A DNA stretch of 64,000 bases from a virus. Taxonomy: Duplodnaviria; Caudoviricetes. The stretch is taken from the IMG/VR virus record IMGVR_UViG_3300045806_000179, positions 859-64,858 of that record; one strand, 5' to 3'. Under the pieces are notes generated by a model, which worked only from the letters and a program-made list of their open reading frames with translations, searched no databases and was not told the origin of the DNA. A program made the translations under genes and the position numbers. This document shows positions 57,516 to 64,000 of the stretch, piece after piece (the first letter of the stretch is position 1; the number at the start of each line of letters is the position of its first letter).

Positions 57516-57983
57516 TTAGGCGCTGACAAGGCGGATATAGCCCTTGCGGATATCGTAAAGGATATCTGCGCGGCTAACGCCCGCCTTAATGGCATCCAAT
57601 ACCGTAGCGCCTGCGCTAGGGTAAAGGGCGTAGCGCACATGCGCCGCGCTACCCGGCTTTTTAGGGTTAGGCGCGACGGCCTCGATACGGGCGTTAAGCG
57701 GCACATTACCGCCATGAAAGGCCGACGGGTTAGCCGGTGCAACCGCTACCGGGCTAGTGGTAACGGCGCGCGCCGTAGCGGCAGGTGCGGCGAAAAGGGC
57801 GCTAAGGTCTAACCCGGCGCTGGCGGCTAACGCCTTAAGTTGATCTAGGGCGCTGGCCTTAGCTTCACGCGCCGCGTTAGCGGCAGCCATTTTCTCCGCT
57901 ACGGTACTAGCCGCAAGGGCGGATAGGTTAGCGGCAGTTTGCTTGGAGTTAGCGGCGGCATCGGCAGTATGGGCGTTAGACAT
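57516..57983 (-). CDS. NPK-domain protein E, first gene of the early operon, encoded in TC/TG-poor DNA
   Basis: NPKKPGSAAHVRYALY..GATV...KAGV..AD..YD..KGYI. Confidence 0.8.
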   Translation of the reverse strand: MSNAHTADAAANSKQTAANLSALAASTVAEKMAAANAAREAKASALDQLKALAASAGLDLSALFAAPAATARAVTTSPVAVAPANPSAFHGGNVPLNARIEAVAPNPKKPGSAAHVRYALYPSAGATVLDAIKAGVSRADILYDIRKGYIRLVSA

Positions 57984-58057
57984 GGTGGTGACCCTTTCGG
58001 CTAGTACAACCTAGGCGCGTAGCGGCTAGTCCGACCCAATCGCTAGGCCGCATATAA

Positions 58058-58086
58058 ACCCTAGTGGAAACGCCAGCGAAAGGCAA
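58058..58086 (-). promoter_or_regulatory. Sigma70-like promoter for the first early gene
   Basis: TTGCCT-N17-TAGGGT. Confidence 0.45.
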
Positions 58087-58577
58087 GCGAAAAGTTGCTA
58101 GGGCGCTAATTAATTTATACGCTAGGGCGCTAGGTATAAAAAGGGCTTTTACAGTATAAAAACTAACCTTTGGGTGTACTTACGCTATACTGCAATAGGT
58201 AAGGCGACTACCTAGCTACGGCGGATCTATACGCTAGGGTCAAAAAACTAAGCTTAGAATTACTTAAATATTACTTTAGTTTACCGTACCGCCGTAAAAC
58301 CGACCCAGCACGGTGAATACGGTGGTCGTCGGTCGGTCGGTGATATGATCGTGGTGATGTGGTCGTCTGCAGATCTCAGTGGACTCTTGATAGGTGACAG
58401 CTATCGAATTTCGGTGGTCGGATAGTCGCGGGCTATTAGTGAAGTAATGGTTAAGAATTCATCCATTCCTTCAGTAATCATCGACATTTGGGAAGGTGGT
58501 AGGTAGCGGTGGGCCGAGGCAAGCGCCTCTCGGACCTCGTACACGTGCAGAGATGGCGACTGGGAGAGGACAGCTAT

Positions 58578-58835
58578 CGTCGATCTCTCGTACGCGAGCG
58601 CATGATCGCATGCATCTATGTAGCGCACACATAGGTAAAAAGTTTTTTAAAATTTCCATATTTTCGCGCCAATAATTCTAATAGGACAATAAAGTCGTCT
58701 AAAAACAGATACTTAGCTTTTTAAAAGATAATATTTCATCCTCGCAAAGCAATAAGAATGCCGATAAATCTGCGCTTAAAGCAATAATCACTGCTACAGT
58801 CTACTAGACGCTGGGAGTGGATCGGGGAGTGTGAT
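58578..58835 (-). repeat. AT-rich non-coding element, copy 2 (inverted relative to 29023-29222)
   Basis: Reverse complement of 58617-58657 matches 29133-29174 except one substitution and one indel; 58730-58743 matches 29048-29061 exactly. Confidence 0.85.
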
Positions 58836-58898
58836 ACCTGTCTTGAAGAAAAGAAAACGTCCCTCCCATGTAGGCGCTATTACATGTGTGCACGAGAG

Positions 58899-58927
58899 TT
58901 GTGTACGAACTACTGACGGGCTATACT
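58899..58927 (+). promoter_or_regulatory. Sigma70-like promoter
   Basis: TTGTGT-N17-TATACT. Confidence 0.55.
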
Positions 58928-58954
58928 TTGCTGTAGTATCACTGAGGAGCTGTC

Positions 58955-59536
58955 ATGAACCACACTGCTGAGTTAGTCAGAATTGTACTGTGCTGGGCAT
59001 TCTCTGTCGTCGCTGATGAGAACTCTCGCGGCAAGCACTTCCCCGGTCCCCGGATCTCCCAGTTCTCCCTCGGAGACATGCTGGTGAGGACTGATCCCAC
59101 CACTGTTGTTGCCATAGCACGAGAGATCCAGCAGCTGCAGAGTTCTGGTAGTGAAGATAGCCAGCTGGGTGATCTCATCACCTGTATTCGATCAAGCTGG
59201 GGCTCGACTGCTGTGTCGTCCAGGAGAACTGGAGAGGAGGACACTGTGCTGATGGCCAGTCGACTCGTAGTCAGAGCAATGTCTGTTCAGCCGGCTCGTC
59301 ACAGAGAGATTCTGGAGACAGTCTCCAGGTTCAGGTACATCAGCAAGGCATGCTCAGTTCTCGGTGGTCGTTCTCCGGCCTCTCTGAGGGATGACTTTGA
59401 GGTGATAGCAGAGAAGTTCTACCTCAGGGAGAGAGGTCTCATCTGCGACGTGGCAGAGTATATCGCTGTCATGGCAAAGGACACTAATGGAGGTAGGATA
59501 GGAAGGTGGTTCGCGGCAGAGGTGAGGCAAAAATAA
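58955..59536 (+). CDS. Hypothetical protein
   Basis: RBS GAGGAG; own promoter. Confidence 0.6.
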   Translation: MNHTAELVRIVLCWAFSVVADENSRGKHFPGPRISQFSLGDMLVRTDPTTVVAIAREIQQLQSSGSEDSQLGDLITCIRSSWGSTAVSSRRTGEEDTVLMASRLVVRAMSVQPARHREILETVSRFRYISKACSVLGGRSPASLRDDFEVIAEKFYLRERGLICDVAEYIAVMAKDTNGGRIGRWFAAEVRQK

Positions 59537-59571
59537 AGCGCTAAATTAGCGCGCGCCGAGAATATTTATTA

Positions 59572-59600
59572 TTGTGAAAGTTGTAAAAGTATAGTACAAT
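59572..59600 (+). promoter_or_regulatory. Promoter for the packaging/structural operon
   Basis: TTGTGA-N17-TACAAT in AT-rich context. Confidence 0.55.
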
Positions 59601-59624
59601 TCTTATATGATGAGAGGATTGCAT

Positions 59625-60146
59625 ATGAGCTTGTTCACGGAATCAGGTAAGGGAGGAACGGGTGGCTGGAGCGATGCTCGCCTCGCTCTGATTCCTGAGT
59701 ACAAGGAGAAGATCTGCGAGCTTCTGCGCTCTGGGCTGTTCGTCTCTGAGATCGCTCAGGAGCTGAACATTGGTGTTGGCTCGATTCGCCTGTGGCGAGA
59801 GTCTGACAAGCAGTTCGACGCTGACTATACTGACTCTGAGTCTCATGCCACTGACTCGCTCGAGAAGGAGGCTGTTCGTCGTGCCAAGTCCGGTGTTCTC
59901 GAGCCTGTTATCTCTGCCGGCAAGGTGGTGATGGATCCTGACGATCCGGTGAAGCCTCTCATGATTCGCAAGTACAGCGACTCGCTGATGATGTTCCTGC
60001 TCAAGGGCAAGCGTCGCGAAGTCTACGGAGACAAGCGTGAGGTCGATGCGAAGGTCGGAATCGACGTCGTCGGCGCCAAGGACAGCCTGGCGAACAAGTT
60101 TGCTGCTGCAGCTGCAATTGCAGTGACTGAGTCTGTGAATGAGTGA
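59625..60146 (+). CDS. terS: Terminase small subunit
   Basis: HTH, D.LE.EA.RRA..G, KYSD.L..FLLKG; upstream of TerL. Confidence 0.85.
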   Translation: MSLFTESGKGGTGGWSDARLALIPEYKEKICELLRSGLFVSEIAQELNIGVGSIRLWRESDKQFDADYTDSESHATDSLEKEAVRRAKSGVLEPVISAGKVVMDPDDPVKPLMIRKYSDSLMMFLLKGKRREVYGDKREVDAKVGIDVVGAKDSLANKFAAAAAIAVTESVNE

Positions 60147-60396
60147 GCGTGGGACTGGACGCACATCGCGACAGATGATCGAGGCTCCTGAGGGAGCCTT
60201 CTTTGTGTGGTGTAACAGTCGCACCGAGTATGCGCTTAGTCTTGCCGCAAGGCTCGGACGACACGATCTCAAGATCCTGTCAGTCGACAACTGGGAACTG
60301 GCCAATCGCGGCACTCACCTTTCGCTGATCTTCGATCACGCTCACGAGATGTATCCAGGATGGAAGTGCGATGCAGATCACCGCGAGTCAGCTTAG
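60139..60396 (+). CDS. Hypothetical protein
   Basis: RGTGRTSRQM..AP.GA.FVW..DHA. Confidence 0.55.
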   Translation: MSERGTGRTSRQMIEAPEGAFFVWCNSRTEYALSLAARLGRHDLKILSVDNWELANRGTHLSLIFDHAHEMYPGWKCDADHRESA

Positions 60397-61753
60397 GAAG
60401 CTCCCGGCTGCAGCGCGCAGTGCATTCTTCTCCTCACTCTCTGACGAGGAGGCATCTGTCCTCAACTTCGACTGGAAGTTCTGGGCCAGACCAGACCAGC
60501 TGATGCCGGCAGAGCTCCTGGACGAGACAAGTCATGTAGCCACGTGGCTCGCTCTGGCAGGTCGCGGCTGGGGAAAGACTCGAGTTGGCTCGCAGGCACT
60601 CATTCAGGAGATCTACAGTGGACGTGCTGGACGTATTGCGCTCATTGCTGAGACAGCTGCTGACGCTCGCGACGTTATCGTTGAGGGCGACTCTGGCATC
60701 CTTGCCTGCAGTCCTCCCTGGTTTAGACCTGTCTATGAGCCGTCAAAGCGTCGCATCACTTGGCCGAATGGTGCTCTGGCGTTCACGTTCAATGCTGTCG
60801 AGCCTGACCAGCTTCGCGGTCCTCAGTTTGACTTTGCTTGGGGTGATGAGCTGGCGAAGTGGCGATATGCGCAGGAGACGTTCGACAATCTACAGTTCGG
60901 GCTGCGACTGGGTCGTCGGCCGCGACAGATCTTTACGACTACACCTAGACCAATCAAGATCGTTCGAGACATGGTCAACGATCCCTCCGTCTTCGTCACG
61001 AGAGGAAAGACTCTCGACAATGCAGACAATCTCGCAGGATCGTTCCTAGTTGCTGTCAAGCGCAAGTACGAGGGAACTCGACTTGGCCGACAGGAGCTAG
61101 ATGCTGAGATCCTGATGGACACACCAGGTGCTCTCTGGACTAGAGAGATGATCGAGCGTGCATACCTCAGGCCAGTAGACACAGCAGAGTTTCCTCTGCA
61201 CATGTTCTCGCGCATTGTTGTTGCCATCGATCCTGCAGTGTCGAATAACGAGGGATCCGACGAGACGGGCATCATCGTTGCTGGCATCAGAGCAAGCGAT
61301 GACCACGTCATCGTGATAGCTGACGAGTCCGGAAGGATGTCGCCCACTGAGTGGGCACAGAAGGCCGTGGCGCTCTATCGTCGCTACAGTGCAGACAGGA
61401 TCGTTGCTGAGGTTAACCAGGGTGGCGACATGGTCGAGACGACCGTTCGCATGGTAGACCCGAACGTCTCCTACAAGGCCGTGCACGCGTCCAAGGGTAA
61501 GGTTGCCCGCGCGGAGCCTATCAGCGCCCTGTACGAGCAGGGTCGCGTACACCACATGGGCAGTCTCTCGGTCCTCGAGGACCAGATGTCGCAGTTTATT
61601 CGCGACTTTGACGTTAAGATGATGGGCTTCTCGCCGGACAGAGTAGACGCTCTGGTCTGGGCGATAACAGAGCTCAAGATCGATCTGGGTGACGGCACTG
61701 CCATCATCGACTACTATCGCAAGCAGACAGAGCTCTTGAAGAAGGAATCCTGA
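60371..61753 (+). CDS. terL: Terminase large subunit
   Basis: AGRGWGKT, LRGPQF..WGDE, TTTP, AIDPA, E.NQGG, SPDRVDA. Confidence 0.95.
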   Translation: MQITASQLRKLPAAARSAFFSSLSDEEASVLNFDWKFWARPDQLMPAELLDETSHVATWLALAGRGWGKTRVGSQALIQEIYSGRAGRIALIAETAADARDVIVEGDSGILACSPPWFRPVYEPSKRRITWPNGALAFTFNAVEPDQLRGPQFDFAWGDELAKWRYAQETFDNLQFGLRLGRRPRQIFTTTPRPIKIVRDMVNDPSVFVTRGKTLDNADNLAGSFLVAVKRKYEGTRLGRQELDAEILMDTPGALWTREMIERAYLRPVDTAEFPLHMFSRIVVAIDPAVSNNEGSDETGIIVAGIRASDDHVIVIADESGRMSPTEWAQKAVALYRRYSADRIVAEVNQGGDMVETTVRMVDPNVSYKAVHASKGKVARAEPISALYEQGRVHHMGSLSVLEDQMSQFIRDFDVKMMGFSPDRVDALVWAITELKIDLGDGTAIIDYYRKQTELLKKES

Positions 61754-61755
61754 CC

Positions 61756-62055
61756 ATGGCCAGCTATCAGATGCTGCCTCCTGGCACAAAGCCGACCACG
61801 ACCACTGTTGTCTTTGGTCGTACGTATACCGCTGCTCTCGGTTCAGTTGTGGCCGCTGTGCCTGAAGGCGACGCGAATCAGCTTGAGGCCAATGGCTGGA
61901 TCAAGGTCGCGACCAATGGCTCCGGCACCACTGCTGCTCGTCCCGTTAACTCGAACGTATGGCGTAACTTTCACTATTTCGACTCTACTCTCGGCTACGT
62001 CGTCGTGTATGACGGTGCTGCGTGGCGCAATCCGGCGTCTGGCGCGTCTGTCTGA
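61756..62055 (+). CDS. Small virion protein (decoration-like)
   Basis: GTTAARP..YFDSTLG....DG..WR motif. Confidence 0.6.
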   Translation: MASYQMLPPGTKPTTTTVVFGRTYTAALGSVVAAVPEGDANQLEANGWIKVATNGSGTTAARPVNSNVWRNFHYFDSTLGYVVVYDGAAWRNPASGASV

Positions 62056-62079
62056 TCTAGCATCCTGGAGGGTATCGCA

Positions 62080-63219
62080 ATGAACTTCATCGGAACTCCC
62101 GGTATGACGTACCAGACTGGTCTCGGCAATCTTGTCGCTGACTCGAATGGTCTCATCAACAATGTCACGAACGCTGGTCAGATCCTCGCACTGTTCGAGG
62201 CCAACTGCTCACCCATCAACGTGAATCCTCTCGCGAACTTTCGCAACATCATTGATGGCGGTGACTTCACTGTCAACCCCTGGCAGCGTAACATCCCCGG
62301 TCTCGCGTCTGCTGGTGTCATCTCGGCAGCTGTTACCAGCACCGTGACCTACTTCGCTGATCGCTTCTTTGCTGTTGGTGGTGCGTCGTCGTCCATTCTG
62401 ATGGCGAATGTTGCGGATACGACTCTGACCGGCTTCAGTCAGTCGCTAAAGCTGTCTCGCTCTTCTGGCAATACCGACGTGACTGCGATCAAACTTGGTC
62501 AGGTCATCGAGACGCTTGACTCTGTCAAAGCCCAGGGTCAGTTGGTCACGTTCTCGTTTTGGGCTCGTACTGGTGCCAACTACTCTGGAGGCGCGCTGTC
62601 TGTTGCTGTCATCTCCGGAAGCGGATCGAACCAGTCGGCAACCTCGATGGTCGCCGGTACGTGGACCGGTCAGGCGAGTGTTGTATCGACGACCCAGGTC
62701 CTCAACAGCGCGATGACCCGCTACTCGTTCTCGGGGACTGTCCCTGTCAGTACAACTCAGCTTGGTGTTCAGGTGTCGTTTACCCCGACCGGGACCGCTG
62801 GCGTCGACGACTCGATCACCTTCCAGGGCTTTCAGCTCGAGATTGGCACGCTGACTCCGTTCGAGCATCGCGACGTACAGGTTGAGCTGGAGATCTGCCA
62901 GCGCTATGCGTGGGTCATTGCTGAGCCCGCATCTGGTGTTCTTGTTGGTGTTGGCTCCACTCTTGGTGCCAACTCGCAGATCTTCTACATGGCTGCTCCG
63001 GTGCAGTTCTACAAGGCTCCGACAGTCACTGTGTCGGTCGGATCGTTCCAGATCGCGGCTGGATTCGCATATGCTGGTCAGGCCGGTCTGGCTGCAGGCT
63101 CGACACACACTGTCAATGCGATCAGCGTTACCGCCGCTGTTACCGCTGCCGGCGGCTCTGGAGCTCTTCTCGCTGGTGGTGGTGGTTCCGGTCGCATTAT
63201 CGCATCTGCGGACTTCTGA
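62080..63219 (+). CDS. Virion fibre-like protein with carbohydrate-binding-like domain
   Basis: RNII.GGDF..WQR, ADRF, TFSFWAR, QLEIG..TPFE.R....EL..CQRY. Confidence 0.7.
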   Translation: MNFIGTPGMTYQTGLGNLVADSNGLINNVTNAGQILALFEANCSPINVNPLANFRNIIDGGDFTVNPWQRNIPGLASAGVISAAVTSTVTYFADRFFAVGGASSSILMANVADTTLTGFSQSLKLSRSSGNTDVTAIKLGQVIETLDSVKAQGQLVTFSFWARTGANYSGGALSVAVISGSGSNQSATSMVAGTWTGQASVVSTTQVLNSAMTRYSFSGTVPVSTTQLGVQVSFTPTGTAGVDDSITFQGFQLEIGTLTPFEHRDVQVELEICQRYAWVIAEPASGVLVGVGSTLGANSQIFYMAAPVQFYKAPTVTVSVGSFQIAAGFAYAGQAGLAAGSTHTVNAISVTAAVTAAGGSGALLAGGGGSGRIIASADF

Positions 63220-63259
63220 GGACATCGGTCTGATGCGTCTCTAACTACAGGTAGTCAAC

Positions 63260-63736
63260 ATGAACGACTTTGTATCGAATCAGGTAACCAACAAGGTCAC
63301 TGCGACTCCAGTGGTTCAGGCGATCTCGTACGGTCTCACGAAGTCGATTGGAGGCGTCATTCCCCTCCCCGGTCTGCTTCCTCCGAACCTGCCGTATGCG
63401 GCTGTTCTCGAGAGTGTGACTCTGAGGTTCAGGAGTTCTCTACAGACTGGTGGCTTCTGGGTGGCACTGTTCTCGAAGTCTCCAACGAGTGACTTCTCTG
63501 ACAATACAGCGTGTGCGATTGGCGCTGACGACAGTAACTATCTCGTCGATGTCTACCATCTGCTGACGCCGATGAGTCCTCTTGGTACGCACACTGTGTA
63601 CAGCATGAACGGTATCGCGAAGGCTCTCGAGGGTCTCACTGCCAGTCTGTACGCTGTAGTGGTTCCTGATGCCGCGACTGTGGCTCTCGCATCCACGTCG
63701 GACATGATCATTGAAGTGGGCGTTATCGGAGGCTAG
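63260..63736 (+). CDS. Hypothetical virion protein
   Basis: ORF in structural operon. Confidence 0.55.
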   Translation: MNDFVSNQVTNKVTATPVVQAISYGLTKSIGGVIPLPGLLPPNLPYAAVLESVTLRFRSSLQTGGFWVALFSKSPTSDFSDNTACAIGADDSNYLVDVYHLLTPMSPLGTHTVYSMNGIAKALEGLTASLYAVVVPDAATVALASTSDMIIEVGVIGG

Positions 63737-63737
63737 C

Positions 63738-64000
63738 ATGCGTGGTGTCAAGAGGGCTCTCCTGTCGAGTGTGTCGAAGAATGTTCTGTACGCCAACCTG
63801 ACGACCGGCGTTCTTCCCTCATGGCTCGTGCACACTTGGGGCGCAACGCCGACATCGCCGCCGTATTATTTCGACGCCAGCGACAATTTGCAGACTGCGC
63901 CGAATAACCTGATCCGTAACTCGACCATGCTAGGTGCCACAACTGGCACTCCTGGCGCGATCCCGACGAATTGGAGTTATGCCACGGTCTCAGGCGTGCA
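63738..64000 (+). CDS. Virion fibre-like protein, 3'-truncated by the window edge
   Basis: ATG 63738 open to the end: MRGVKRALL...NNLIRNSTMLGATTGTPGAIPTNW. Confidence 0.6.
   Translation, partial: MRGVKRALLSSVSKNVLYANLTTGVLPSWLVHTWGATPTSPPYYFDASDNLQTAPNNLIRNSTMLGATTGTPGAIPTNWSYATVSGV

Noticed and set aside
4819-57911. 14-bp motif orientation switching at the inverted AT-rich elements (replichore-like polarity)
   Set aside because: The 57898 copy breaks the pattern and six sites are too few
63738-64000. Direct circular join of the window end to position 1
   Set aside because: Joining puts the terminal ORF out of frame with the 3-431 ORF; some sequence is probably outside the window
1-64000. 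Prophage/temperate lifestyle, tRNA genes
   Set aside because: No integrase, repressor, partition genes, host flanks or tRNA cloverleaf recognised by eye

Overview
Near-complete (~64 kb, circularly permuted) genome of an apparently lytic siphovirus, probably infecting an alphaproteobacterium (GTA-like DUF2460/DUF2163/NlpC tail tip, DUF2793 fibre). No integrase, repressor, tRNA or CRISPR was seen. Layout: lysis cassette, head and tail genes (0.5-26.7 kb, +); SNF2 helicase (-); replication and nucleotide genes (29.3-48 kb, +) including a YuA/M6-like thymidine-modification cluster (dCTP deaminase, dUMP hydroxymethylase-like TS, 5-hmdU DNA kinase-like protein, HD nucleotidase, GT-A glycosyltransferase, but no recognisable amino-acid:DNA transferase); a leftward early region of small genes (48-58 kb); terminase and further virion genes (59.6-64 kb). 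Five signals stand out. (1) TC/TG-poor islands cover the promoters and the whole first early gene, while the rest of the genome is TC/TG-rich. TS is the context reported for thymidine hypermodification in related phages. (2) A five-member paralogous NPK-domain family and a 14-bp GCTACSSTASTAGC motif are linked to those islands. (3) The portal-MuF and protease-scaffold polyproteins carry nested cargo modules, each opened by a K-x(6-8)-R[DG]xxG[RKEQ][FW] tag followed by a hydrophobic or glycine-zipper segment. (4) Two canonical type II hammerhead ribozymes lie in the early operon. (5) A ~200-bp AT-rich element is present twice in inverted orientation, 29.5 kb apart. All family assignments come from motif recognition by eye; no database search was run.
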